The position numbers and the translations under genes are program-made. Below the pieces are notes generated by a model that did no database searches, was not told the origin of the DNA, and saw nothing but the letters and a program-made list of their open reading frames with translations. A stretch of 64,000 nucleotides of DNA, from positions 1-64,000 of IMG/VR virus record IMGVR_UViG_3300029288_002061. The stretch is one strand, 5' to 3'. Origin of the DNA: a virus. Its lineage: Duplodnaviria > Caudoviricetes. This document shows, one piece after another, positions 16,465 through 25,937 of this stretch (positions within the stretch are counted from its first letter, which is position 1; each line of letters opens with the position of its first letter).

Positions 16465-17583
16465 TCAGCTATACATGATCGAGCCGATGATCTTGCTGAC
16501 GTTCTTCCACTTGGAATTCGGGTTCACAAACTGGGGAATCGTCTTGCTACCCTTGGTCGAACGGAAGTAGTCACGGGCAACCAGCGTGATATACTCATTC
16601 CCGAACGGCGCGGTCTGCAGGTAACTCATGAGATTGCAAGCCGCCTCAAACCCTTCGGGAACCGTCTTACCCGCCGAATCCTTCGTGTCCTTGTTATTCA
16701 GCGCGATATTGACAAGCGCCGAACAAAACGCATGGACAACGCTGGGTTCCTTGTCTTCCAGCCGGATATCCATCTTGCCCTTTTCCACGATGTCACGGGC
16801 GTTCGGGATGGTCTTGGCGTACTTGCGGAAAGAGACGAATTCCGTAGCCGCCCCGACACCGATATAACCGGCAAAGATGGTGATATTGTCCATGCCGGAG
16901 AAGTTCCCGTCGGACTCAATCAGCTTGATCGCTTCCGACATACGCGCCCACGAGCGCGGAGTCGGGAAGTTGCCCGTGTTGGTTCCCTGCGAGAAGCGGA
17001 AAAGGAGGTCGTTCTTGAAGTTCAGGAACCCCACAACGTCGCTGTGGACGGAATTGTTGATAGCCCAGTCCTTCCACGCCTCAAAATCGTGTTCCACGTT
17101 GAGGTGGACGAAGCGGTTCAGCAGCGCCGGGGCAATCTTGTAGTTAAGCCCCTTATCTTCCTGCCGGTTGCCAGCCGCCACGATGTCACAGCTCTGGGGG
17201 AGCTTGAATTCCCCGATCTGGCGGTCAAGAACGATCTGATAGGCCGCCGCCTGTACCGCCGGGGGAGCCGACGGGAATTCATCGAAGAACAGGATAGCGT
17301 TTTCGGCGTTCTTGAAGAATTCCGGGGCCATCCACTTCGTTTCGCCATTGACAACCATCGGGATACCACGGAGGTCAACCGGGTTCATCAGGGCAAGCCG
17401 GATGTCATAGACCGGACGCCCGGAGGCATTGCCGATCTGGCGGATGATATCGGACTTGCCGATGCCAGGAGCGCCGTGGATGAAAACGGCGTGCTTGAGC
17501 TTGAAGCCAAGCATAACAGTCTTGGCGATTTCCTTGACACTGACACTGACGATACCATTTGCGGTCGTTGCCTTACCAGCCAT
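16465..17583 (-). CDS. MoxR-type AAA+ ATPase
   Basis: GAPGIGKS Walker A, DLRGIP, FFDEF Walker B, AAGNR, LLNRF, PTPRSW. Confidence 0.92.
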   Translation of the reverse strand: MAGKATTANGIVSVSVKEIAKTVMLGFKLKHAVFIHGAPGIGKSDIIRQIGNASGRPVYDIRLALMNPVDLRGIPMVVNGETKWMAPEFFKNAENAILFFDEFPSAPPAVQAAAYQIVLDRQIGEFKLPQSCDIVAAGNRQEDKGLNYKIAPALLNRFVHLNVEHDFEAWKDWAINNSVHSDVVGFLNFKNDLLFRFSQGTNTGNFPTPRSWARMSEAIKLIESDGNFSGMDNITIFAGYIGVGAATEFVSFRKYAKTIPNARDIVEKGKMDIRLEDKEPSVVHAFCSALVNIALNNKDTKDSAGKTVPEGFEAACNLMSYLQTAPFGNEYITLVARDYFRSTKGSKTIPQFVNPNSKWKNVSKIIGSIMYS

Positions 17584-17632
17584 TTTTGTTCCCCTTTCTT
17601 GGGAGGTTTACTGCACACGCATGCAGTTTGAA

Positions 17633-18049
17633 TTAGTTAAGACTCCAATAGATGTCATTTGCGGCGGCTTCATACCCATTTTCGCCGAAAAAAGACGGCA
17701 CCCCAGCTTTTCCGTTACATGTTCTGCTAAGATTGTTGATAACCGTAATCTGCATTGAAGCGATGTTAAGCCCGAATATCATCTTTTTACCCGTAGTGTT
17801 GTTAGTGACAAAATAGCCGTCTACACGATCCGTCATATAGGGTTCAAAAACAAGGTCGTGCAAAGTCCCTTTCTTGGAAAAAGTAGCCAAGACAGCGCCC
17901 TTTACCTTGTCTGACAGCTCTTTTGCACCCGGATATGACCAATTTCCCGGAAGTGACGGCTCCAGACTAGCGTTCTCCAACTCAACCGTTTTCGGGGTGG
18001 CGCTGGCAATTGTTTCGATAAGCGATTTGATATTGTCAGACAGATCCAT
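17633..18049 (-). CDS. Hypothetical protein
   Basis: 138-aa ORF; promoter 18090-18118. Confidence 0.6.
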   Translation of the reverse strand: MDLSDNIKSLIETIASATPKTVELENASLEPSLPGNWSYPGAKELSDKVKGAVLATFSKKGTLHDLVFEPYMTDRVDGYFVTNNTTGKKMIFGLNIASMQITVINNLSRTCNGKAGVPSFFGENGYEAAANDIYWSLN

Positions 18050-18135
18050 TTTTATCCCTTATCTTTTCAGCCTCTTTGCTGACTCTTACACTGTACACTA
18101 CGGGAAAAAGAAAGTCAAGAGAAAAATTATTATTT

Positions 18136-18429
18136 TTATGCGATTCCCAGAACCTTCTTTTCCGGGCGGGTGATAAATCCCTTACGGGCCGCCTTTTCCA
18201 TATGCTTACACCAGTGGTCTTTCCCGTACTTGAAAGCCGGACACGTACAGGTATATTCTCCGTTTTCGCGGGAAATCAGGTAGACATCCACTTTGCCATC
18301 CTTTTCCTGCCGGAGCGAAGTAGCAACGATATGACCATGAATAAGGCGGACAGCTACCGCGTCAATACGGTCTTCCACTTCTTCAAGGTGTTCAAGATAC
18401 TTTTCGGCGGGTGTCATCGTGGCTTTCAT
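18136..18429 (-). CDS. SWIM zinc-finger protein
   Basis: CTCP...CKH. Confidence 0.8.
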   Translation of the reverse strand: MKATMTPAEKYLEHLEEVEDRIDAVAVRLIHGHIVATSLRQEKDGKVDVYLISRENGEYTCTCPAFKYGKDHWCKHMEKAARKGFITRPEKKVLGIA

Positions 18430-18473
18430 GATACTCTCCTTTTTGTTGGTCGTTATCTTGCGTTGACCTTTGT

Positions 18474-18791
18474 TTATTCTGTCAGGTATCGTTCGAGAAG
18501 ACGTATACCGAGATCCATTATCTTTTTATCAGACTTCTTGAACGATTCAGGGAATAGCTTGTAAATCTCATTATAGCTATGGTCGCTACACACGATTTTG
18601 CTAATATCTGCATCATCATACAAACGGAGATTTTCTATGAGAGTAATCGCGTTAGGTCTTGGTTCCAACGTCCTAGCATTTGGGCCATCAAGCAGTCTCA
18701 TTACGTTTCTTGTAAAAAGGCAGAATGAAATCTTTCCAAGGTACTTAAACGCAGAACACATGTCATATATTTGACTTTCAGTATATTCCAT
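18474..18791 (-). CDS. Hypothetical protein
   Basis: AGGAG RBS; promoter 18837-18865. Confidence 0.6.
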   Translation of the reverse strand: MEYTESQIYDMCSAFKYLGKISFCLFTRNVMRLLDGPNARTLEPRPNAITLIENLRLYDDADISKIVCSDHSYNEIYKLFPESFKKSDKKIMDLGIRLLERYLTE

Positions 18792-18882
18792 GTTTTTCTC
18801 CCTGTTTTGTTATCAAGCCCCTTGCTTGACCTTTATACTATACCCGATGATTCTTTCTTAGTCAAGAGAAAAATCAGAAAAA

Positions 18883-19449
18883 TTATGCAAATACCGATTT
18901 TCTTGCCATAGTAAGCGTTTGGATATAGTTTTTCACCTGTAACCGAGTCCCTTTCAGCCGCATAAAGCTAGGGTGGGCTATAGGTAACACCTTATACGGC
19001 CCTACTTTATGCAGTACCCCTTGTATCGCGTTGGCTGATTTTTTGGTATCACAGACGATACCGGTGGCGGCCTGACCTACCGTGATAATAAGCCTTGGGT
19101 TAAAGAGTTCTATGGTCTTCCACAGATGCCCAAAGCAAGGGCTACAATCCTCTACCTTCAACTGTCTCGGTTCCGGTAGGGTACAACAGACCGCGTATGT
19201 TATGAAGCAATCCCCTTGTTGAAATTTGGCCTGTATCATGGCGCTTTGTAGATATAGACCGTCTTTATAGCACAAGGGCCGCTTGAATTGTACCTCTTCC
19301 GGTCGCGGGGCGTCCATGACCAATAGAATATGACCATTTGGATTCCCACCGGCTACCATCTTTTTCTCACAAGTAGCATTCAATCCGCACAGAGTACACC
19401 GGTGGATAGAGTCTACATGGGCCTTGAAGGCTTCTATATCGGTTATCAC
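18883..19449 (-). CDS. Family-4 uracil-DNA glycosylase-like protein with degenerate active site
   Basis: CTLCGL Fe-S cysteines, P.LIITVG, HPS; GEAPG replaced by MDAPR. Confidence 0.8.
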   Translation of the reverse strand: MITDIEAFKAHVDSIHRCTLCGLNATCEKKMVAGGNPNGHILLVMDAPRPEEVQFKRPLCYKDGLYLQSAMIQAKFQQGDCFITYAVCCTLPEPRQLKVEDCSPCFGHLWKTIELFNPRLIITVGQAATGIVCDTKKSANAIQGVLHKVGPYKVLPIAHPSFMRLKGTRLQVKNYIQTLTMARKSVFA

Positions 19450-19607
19450 CGGGCTTTCCTTACCAATTCCGATATAAAACGGATCATGGTCATCCCGTTT
19501 TTCTTGGCAAGCTGCTTTAAGGCTTCTTTATCGTGCTTGTAGACCTTTACCAGCGTCGTCCCCGACTTCTCCGGCACTGTTATGGCTAGAATATCAGACA
19601 GTTTCAT
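19446..19607 (-). CDS. Small putative DNA-binding (ribbon-helix-helix-like) protein
   Basis: TTLVKVY...KEALKQLAKKNGMTMIRFISELV. Confidence 0.55.
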   Translation of the reverse strand: MKLSDILAITVPEKSGTTLVKVYKHDKEALKQLAKKNGMTMIRFISELVRKAR

Positions 19608-20337
19608 TTGGAACGTCCAAAAATCGGTTATCATTGTAGATACTGAAAGCTTCACTGTATTTTTCCGGATTATTGTAATAAAGCCGTGTCATGTATAGGT
19701 CTGCGAACAGTGTATCCAAGAGTATCCTGTTATTCCACACCGCCGTTACCCACAATCCGAACATAATCATGCCGATAATGCTGTATTCACCATAGATAAA
19801 GAAGTTATGGGCAAAGACACCCATGGTAAAGACTGTTGAAAATACCCACATACCACAAATATATTCAGACGGACGCCACTTATCGATTAAGGTGAAAACC
19901 CTGTAAAACTTTGTGGCTATTGAGTTTACACAACAATCCAGTTTTGATAGCCGTCCGATCATGACATTGAGGTTATGTGCGGCTCTGGCTACCATGTACC
20001 CCGATTCCATCTCAAGAAGGACAATTTCCAAGGCATAAAACATCCGGTCGGGATTTCCAATGTCTTCCGTCCTACCCTGCGGTGAAATCTCTTTCAAGAT
20101 AGGCGCTGTGTACGAAGATAGCAGACCGGATATGTTTAACGCCTCCGTTTTCCCGAATACCATACACAGAACCCCGACACCGAGCATATAGAGCAGGATT
20201 TGGTTTTGTGTTGTAGCGTACATAAAAGAGGCAAAGAAGACATGGATGACCCCCAGTGCCATAAGCCGGATACAATTTCGGTACTGCCGATTCATGTTGC
20301 GAATTGTAGCAAGATCCGAACACAGCTTAGTTAGCAT
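19594..20337 (-). CDS. Multi-pass membrane protein
   Basis: Four hydrophobic segments in two pairs. Confidence 0.65.
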   Translation of the reverse strand: MLTKLCSDLATIRNMNRQYRNCIRLMALGVIHVFFASFMYATTQNQILLYMLGVGVLCMVFGKTEALNISGLLSSYTAPILKEISPQGRTEDIGNPDRMFYALEIVLLEMESGYMVARAAHNLNVMIGRLSKLDCCVNSIATKFYRVFTLIDKWRPSEYICGMWVFSTVFTMGVFAHNFFIYGEYSIIGMIMFGLWVTAVWNNRILLDTLFADLYMTRLYYNNPEKYSEAFSIYNDNRFLDVPNETV

Positions 20338-20869
20338 TTTTCTTCTCCATAAATAGATACTGGAATTGTCCGGTCTCGATCAGTTCAATCAAATCCTTCC
20401 GGTTTTCATTCAATCCGGACGCGCTGAAACACTCCGAAAATGTCCGGATAATCGCCGAAACCTCCTCCTGCGGGGCTTGCGGGTTGGTACTGGCAATGAC
20501 ATCTTTCAGGATTTCCAATTCCGCCATTTCATTGAATTCGGCTTCCGGAGTCGATTCCCGCTTTTCCATGTATTCCGCGCCATAGACCTCGACAATACCC
20601 CACGTATCGGGTACGTCGGAGGATTTGACGATGCCGGGGAAGGTAAATACCACCCGATATTGTCCCGGAAGGTCGGGATACCACTTCTGTTCCTTGAAGT
20701 GTTCCAAATCGTCCGCGTCGGCGATGGTATAGACACCACAGGACACCGCCCCTTTCCATGCAAAAAGGTGGTAATTGGCAATGTCTTCCAGAATGACGTT
20801 GTAATACTGCTTCCGGAGCCAATGGAGACACTTCTTCTTGATATTATCCCTGATTTCTGCTGACGGCAT
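20327..20869 (-). CDS. Hypothetical protein, possible degenerate MmcB-like nuclease fold
   Basis: YRVVFTFPGIV...VPDTWGIVEV. Confidence 0.45.
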   Translation of the reverse strand: MPSAEIRDNIKKKCLHWLRKQYYNVILEDIANYHLFAWKGAVSCGVYTIADADDLEHFKEQKWYPDLPGQYRVVFTFPGIVKSSDVPDTWGIVEVYGAEYMEKRESTPEAEFNEMAELEILKDVIASTNPQAPQEEVSAIIRTFSECFSASGLNENRKDLIELIETGQFQYLFMEKKNAN

Positions 20870-21013
20870 TCTTGCTCTCCTGTGAATAAAAAACTGCTTT
20901 TCGGGCCTTATTGATTTAATCCCGCATATACGACATAGCCATTCTGTATTCCGCCGTGTTCGGATAACGAAGCCCCTTTACAATCTGAATCGTCGCCATA
21001 ATACCCTCCATTA

Positions 21014-21736
21014 TTATGATTTAGACAAAAGGATAGCCAAAATGTCTGTACCGGAAATTTCATTGAAAGTGTCCATATCAAAATTCGGAAGTTTTGTAAT
21101 AGCTTCCAATTCTTCTTTTGGTGCTTTCATAAGGGATTCTGTAAATGCCTCTTTATAACTCTTAACCTTCAAATAACCACCCGTTGTAACAAAAGAAGGA
21201 TTCTCTTTCTTTTCTTCTTTTGTCATATCTTTTTCTTCAACCCATTCCGTAAGATTAAAATATAAACAGTTAATTTCTGGCATTTCAAAATTATCATAAA
21301 TAGGCTTATCAAACAAGAAAAGGTGCTGATATCGATTGAAGAATCCTGAATTCCTATACCCGGAATTCCAATTCCCGGAATTCCTATTCCCGGAATTCCA
21401 ATTACCGGAATTACAATTACCGGAATTCCAATTACCGGAATTACAATTACCGGAATTCCCATTACCGGAATTACAATTACCGGAATTCCAATTACCGGAA
21501 TTACAAATACCGGAATTCTTATTCCCGGAATTCCAATTCCCGGAATTCCAATTCCCGGAATTCCTATTACCGGAATTCCAATTCCCGGAATTACAATTCC
21601 CGGAATTCCTATTACCGGAATTCCTATTATCGGAATTCCAATCCCCGGAATTCCTATTACCGGAATTGGAAGTGTCATCTTTAACACATTTATACCCTTG
21701 TGCCTCAAGAGCCTTTATCATATTTTCTATCTTCAA
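21014..21736 (-). CDS. Phage NSGxx pentapeptide-repeat protein
   Basis: About 21 tandem NSG(N/D)x repeats, then GFFN, WVEEKDMT.EEK, TTGGYLK, LPNFD. Confidence 0.85.
   Translation of the reverse strand: MKIENMIKALEAQGYKCVKDDTSNSGNRNSGDWNSDNRNSGNRNSGNCNSGNWNSGNRNSGNWNSGNWNSGNKNSGICNSGNWNSGNCNSGNGNSGNCNSGNWNSGNCNSGNWNSGNRNSGNWNSGYRNSGFFNRYQHLFLFDKPIYDNFEMPEINCLYFNLTEWVEEKDMTKEEKKENPSFVTTGGYLKVKSYKEAFTESLMKAPKEELEAITKLPNFDMDTFNEISGTDILAILLSKS
21340..21668. repeat. Coding 15-bp tandem repeat (CCGGAATTnnnATTn)
   Basis: Direct tandem units with no spacers, encoding the pentapeptides. Confidence 0.95.
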
Positions 21737-21749
21737 TTTATCCCCTTTC

Positions 21750-21998
21750 TTAGAGTAGATCGGTAATCCAGCATTCAAACTGATTCTTGGTCGTACAATC
21801 TTCCACCGACACCCTCTGTGCCGGGAAATCCACAAAACGGAGGATCTTTACAAACCTACGGAGTGGCCTGAAAAGGAAAATCGACTTCTTGGTCTTGAGT
21901 TCACACTCCAACTCGATACCAAAACGATATAGATCATTGAGCGTACCAATAGTGTAACCCTTGTCAAAGTAATTGTTGAGGTCTTCCAAAGTCAGCAT
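21750..21998 (-). CDS. Hypothetical protein
   Basis: AGGTGGG RBS; promoter 22021-22049. Confidence 0.55.
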   Translation of the reverse strand: MLTLEDLNNYFDKGYTIGTLNDLYRFGIELECELKTKKSIFLFRPLRRFVKILRFVDFPAQRVSVEDCTTKNQFECWITDLL

Positions 21999-22070
21999 AG
22001 TTTCCCACCTTTCTACGGATAATATACCTGATAATCCGCCGGAAGTCAAGAGAAATTTTAATAAAATATC

Positions 22071-22100
22071 AAAAATAATCCCCGCCTTTCGACGGGGATT
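22071..22100 (-). terminator. Intrinsic terminator
   Basis: AATCCCCGTC-GAAA-GGCGGGGATT-ATTTTT. Confidence 0.8.
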
Positions 22101-22117
22101 TGACTGCATACGTCTGC

Positions 22118-22183
22118 ACCGGCATACCACTTGATCTTGACACCCTTGTTGCAATAATAGCAAGTAGCCTAATTACTTGCAAG
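22118..22183 (-). CRISPR. Candidate solitary repeat-spacer unit
   Basis: 36-nt CTTGCAAGTAATTAGGCTACTTGCTATTATTGCAAC (22148-22183) followed by 30 nt sharing 20 identical bases with the adjacent gene (22119-22138 = 22250-22269). Confidence 0.45.
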
Positions 22184-22185
22184 AT

Positions 22186-23424
22186 TTACTTAAATTCGGT
22201 AGTCGCGGTAGCGATCCCACCACAAACCTCCATTTCATCGGACACACAGCCGGCATACCACTTGATCTTCACGCCGCGAAGAGCAAGACGCAAAACGGGA
22301 GTCATTTTAAGGTCAAAGATACGGTGCTTACCCGACTTGATCCGCTTGGTAAACTCCTTGGCACTCTCGGTAAGCTCTTGGTCTTCACCGGTATCGGTAA
22401 TAAACAGAACGCCATCACCGATTTCCAGCATAACATAGAGGTCATAGTTAAACTGGGTCGTCTTTCCACGGAGGACATCCGCTACCGTCGGTGTAGCCAC
22501 GGCGGGAGCCGTAACTTCAAGGTCGGCAACCACTTCCTCATTATCCGTAGTAACTTCTCGTGTGGCGGAAAAGGCCATTACAGGCGTTTCATCCGATACT
22601 ACAACGGTAGTGCCTGTATCTCCATCATCATTGTCTTCCGGAGTACCATAGACAAGGATATTGCCATTGGAGTCTACGACGTTTCCGGTTGTTTCATCAT
22701 ACTGGACAAGGTTTTCATCGTACCCTTCCGGCAGGCAGAGGATAGAGCTTCCATAGACACAGTTGGTATAACCCCCACCGTTTATGCGTGTATTAAAGCT
22801 AATTCCATCAGAAGAAACTCCGGGGTCGGCAAGCGTAACCGTCAAGGTGCTAAGATCAAGGCCGAGAACAAGAGCCGCCCCGGAGATGTTGCTATTCCAA
22901 CCGATACTGACGTAATCATAGGTGACTGCATCGGGGATGTCAACAAGAAAAGTATCTCCTACATATCCGATAGGCGTCTTATCCCAAGGAAGAATAGGGA
23001 AGTTATTTACAGATGTTTCAGTCACAATGATGGCATATGCCTTATCTTCCTTACGGAGCAAGCAGCTACCCTTACTATTCGTGAGGCGAACACTGAAGTA
23101 ATATGTTCCAGAAGGTACATACGTAGTGCCGTATATGAATCCGGAACTTGGTTCCATCACAAGCCCTTCAGGAAGGCCATATGCGGTATAAGTCACCTTC
23201 CCATACTCAGGACGACCAGCCGCGCCACTCCAAAGGATACCGCGCCAGAATCCAATACGGAATTGTGCCTTGATACCGGAAGACACGATCTGTTGTGGCA
23301 CACCGGCGATTTCCTCGGTCGGCATGTCCTCAACAACCGGAATCGGGTCGCCAAGCAAGGCGAAAGCAGTATTACCACCAAAAGACAGCAACAGCACAGT
23401 GAGCAGCTTCACAAACGTCTTCAT
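22186..23424 (-). CDS. Secreted/surface protein with putative Ig (He_PIG-like) domain
   Basis: Signal peptide ending AFA; YTAYGLPEGLVMEPSSGFIYGT; early promoter 23480-23508. Confidence 0.75.
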   Translation of the reverse strand: MKTFVKLLTVLLLSFGGNTAFALLGDPIPVVEDMPTEEIAGVPQQIVSSGIKAQFRIGFWRGILWSGAAGRPEYGKVTYTAYGLPEGLVMEPSSGFIYGTTYVPSGTYYFSVRLTNSKGSCLLRKEDKAYAIIVTETSVNNFPILPWDKTPIGYVGDTFLVDIPDAVTYDYVSIGWNSNISGAALVLGLDLSTLTVTLADPGVSSDGISFNTRINGGGYTNCVYGSSILCLPEGYDENLVQYDETTGNVVDSNGNILVYGTPEDNDDGDTGTTVVVSDETPVMAFSATREVTTDNEEVVADLEVTAPAVATPTVADVLRGKTTQFNYDLYVMLEIGDGVLFITDTGEDQELTESAKEFTKRIKSGKHRIFDLKMTPVLRLALRGVKIKWYAGCVSDEMEVCGGIATATTEFK

Positions 23425-23526
23425 AGTATTTCTCCTTTATTTCCCATAGTTGAGACAGCCCCTTGCCATCTCTACTTGTACTGTACCCGACTTTTCCACA
23501 AAAGTCAAGAGAAAAATAGAAAAATA

Positions 23527-23901
23527 TCAAAAGGTTTTCATATATCCAAGACCTATAGTACCTCTATCGTCGTCAAAGTCTCTCCCGCCGTAAATAGTAA
23601 GCCAGTATTCCCAAAAGGAGGTCTTTCTGGCCAAATAGACCCCAGCGTAGTTATCCGCCGCCATCGGCCCTGTAGCAAACATACCCCATTTGGTGTCAAA
23701 GTCAAATAATTTGTAACCAAAAATAGCCCTTTTGTCATAAGTCATGCAATCATAGCCCGTTCCCATGAATACTCTGTCTCTGGGGAGGTTAAGGACGGTA
23801 TAGGGTCTGCCGTCTTCGGTCTCTTTGTGTTCCATAGAAAACCCTGTCAAGGAACATCCCGACAGGGTGAGTAGAAACATTATTGAAGTGAACAGCTTCA
23901 T
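23527..23901 (-). CDS. Lipoprotein
   Basis: LSGC lipobox; beta-rich with C-terminal F. Confidence 0.65.
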   Translation of the reverse strand: MKLFTSIMFLLTLSGCSLTGFSMEHKETEDGRPYTVLNLPRDRVFMGTGYDCMTYDKRAIFGYKLFDFDTKWGMFATGPMAADNYAGVYLARKTSFWEYWLTIYGGRDFDDDRGTIGLGYMKTF

Positions 23902-24209
23902 TTTGTTTCTTCTTTTTCCTCTTCGGGTTCCGGTATCAAATCGACCCGCTTCCCGAAAAACCGCCTTAGAATTACTTTTACACCAGAATCGTTGAATTCA
24001 GTGATCGCCATACCAACCGCTAGGGCTTCAAGACCTTCAACACAGTAGTATTTAAGGAGAATAGCCGCACAAACCCCGCAAGGAATGCGGAGAATAAGAG
24101 GTTTATAGGAGAAGTTAACGGGATCTTTCTGCTTGAGATAGCCGAGAATCGCCGAGAGGGTACCAAGGACAATCCCCATTGCGCCCGCCATAGCATATTC
24201 GATAAGCAT
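23898..24209 (-). CDS. Putative holin-like membrane protein
   Basis: 2-3 TM segments and charged tail, at the end of the late operon. Confidence 0.45.
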   Translation of the reverse strand: MLIEYAMAGAMGIVLGTLSAILGYLKQKDPVNFSYKPLILRIPCGVCAAILLKYYCVEGLEALAVGMAITEFNDSGVKVILRRFFGKRVDLIPEPEEEKEETK

Positions 24210-24234
24210 GATAGACCCTGCCGTTAATGTGCCG

Positions 24235-24636
24235 TTATTCTGCCATAGCACTTTCTGAGGAATGGTGCGCGTCAAGGATTGCTGTAACCAAAAGCTCGGA
24301 CATCTGTGCTTTATCTATGATCTTGGAGATGTGGTTCTCAGGACAAATCCGCTTTGAAATTGCTTCCACACCATATCCGGATAGGATAATCGCGGGAGCT
24401 GTGATGCCTTTCCTGCGCATCGTCCGGAGTATCTTGATCCCATCAAAGCGGTCTAAGAGCATGTCAATAATCAGAACATTAGGATTTACAGATTCTACTT
24501 GTACGACCGCCCTAAAAGCATCTGTAAAGCACACTACGTCAAATTCCGGGAGTTGTCTACCCAAAAGGGACTTGACTGAGTGAATATACTCTTTATTGTC
24601 GTCCAAGACCATGATGACTGGTTTACGGTGTTCCAT
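24235..24636 (-). CDS. Stand-alone response-regulator receiver (CheY-like)
   Basis: VLDDN, LIIDM..DG, ILSG and terminal K all present. Confidence 0.85.
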   Translation of the reverse strand: MEHRKPVIMVLDDNKEYIHSVKSLLGRQLPEFDVVCFTDAFRAVVQVESVNPNVLIIDMLLDRFDGIKILRTMRRKGITAPAIILSGYGVEAISKRICPENHISKIIDKAQMSELLVTAILDAHHSSESAMAE

Positions 24637-24645
24637 ACCAACCCC

Positions 24646-25119
24646 CTAGAAGAGTGACTTGATTGCTGCACCGACTATGCCACAGCCAAGTGCAACAATG
24701 ACCCATTTCCACGACTCCATTGAGTCTTTTGTGGCTTTTTCTGCCAATCTCTCCTTGATTATACCAAAATTACTTTCCACATTTTCTTTGTACGTGTTAA
24801 AATCTGTGACGTTAACCTTTGAATCATATAGATTTGTAACGCTTTTTACCGTTTGTGCCAAAGATTCAAACTGACTGGCAAGACTACCTGTAACGGTTTG
24901 ACACTGATCTATGAGGTCTTTGTTCAATTCGTATTCGTTTTTGAGATCATCAAACTCCGATTTCAGGTGTTCGATTTCCGTGGTATTGACGGTTACTTCT
25001 TGTGAATAAGTGTTAAAACGAACAGCCAGACCATCAGCCTGTTTCTCAAGGTTTGACAGTCTGGCTGCAAATTCGCCGACTTTTTGTATCGTATCGTTAT
25101 GGTGTACACATTCCGCCAT
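24646..25119 (-). CDS. Coiled-coil protein with C-terminal TM anchor
   Basis: Heptad-rich body, WVIVALGCGIVGAAI. Confidence 0.65.
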   Translation of the reverse strand: MAECVHHNDTIQKVGEFAARLSNLEKQADGLAVRFNTYSQEVTVNTTEIEHLKSEFDDLKNEYELNKDLIDQCQTVTGSLASQFESLAQTVKSVTNLYDSKVNVTDFNTYKENVESNFGIIKERLAEKATKDSMESWKWVIVALGCGIVGAAIKSLF

Positions 25120-25194
25120 AATAGCCTGTCCCTTCCGTAATAAGTCCAATAAGTTACAAGCTATTATAACATATTTACCCTATTGGATTCACTG

Positions 25195-25926
25195 TTAAGC
25201 CGGAACCTGGCCCATAATGGTAAATCCAAAGGTGATGTAGTGGGCATCCCACGCAGCAACGGTTGTTGTAACAAGATCAATGCTGAAGTCGCCATTGATA
25301 ACCAAATCGCTTGTGATAAGGGTACCAGCAGAATCCGGAAGTAAGGCAATACCAGCCCCATCCTCATAGATGACAGTAGGAAACGTTGGTACTGAAATGC
25401 CTTCAATAGTGGTGGTGGACGGCAACCCCCCGTAGATATGGTTGAATAACGAGACTGTGCCGCCACTCAGCTTACCAGCGAAAGTGCTCTCAAACACATA
25501 AGTATCACCACCACCTGACGGTGAAAAGTTGAAAGTTACACCACCAAGAGGAACAAGAACATCATGACTATGATTAAGAAGTAATGCACCTGTAGTAGCA
25601 TCAGCTATTGTAATCTTAGACTGCTGCCTACCGTCTCCTAGCGTCTGAATAGGAGGGACAGAGGTTGGATCGAACGTCTGTGTACCCAGATACCAATAGA
25701 ACACCCAAGGATCGTTTTCCGGCCCGGAATTGAACGAAGTCCACAGATTTGTATTGGTATCCCACCAATAGGGCTTTCCATTAACAGTAGACCATTGGAC
25801 ATGCCCATAATTTCCATCTTGAACCGGGGCAGGCCACGTCGATGGTGATCCCGCCACTGACGGCATAGCCGCATTACTGACGATATTCCCTTTGAAGTCG
25901 CGACCACCATAGACATACGTTGACAT
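25195..25926 (-). CDS. Putative tail fibre/receptor-binding accessory protein
   Basis: Beta-rich, follows the fibre gene. Confidence 0.5.
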   Translation of the reverse strand: MSTYVYGGRDFKGNIVSNAAMPSVAGSPSTWPAPVQDGNYGHVQWSTVNGKPYWWDTNTNLWTSFNSGPENDPWVFYWYLGTQTFDPTSVPPIQTLGDGRQQSKITIADATTGALLLNHSHDVLVPLGGVTFNFSPSGGGDTYVFESTFAGKLSGGTVSLFNHIYGGLPSTTTIEGISVPTFPTVIYEDGAGIALLPDSAGTLITSDLVINGDFSIDLVTTTVAAWDAHYITFGFTIMGQVPA

Positions 25927-25937
25927 GTAAATCTCCT

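Noticed and set aside
21340-21668. Tandem repeats as the missing CRISPR array
   Set aside because: 15-bp units with no spacers, in frame, encoding NSGxx pentapeptides of a common phage protein
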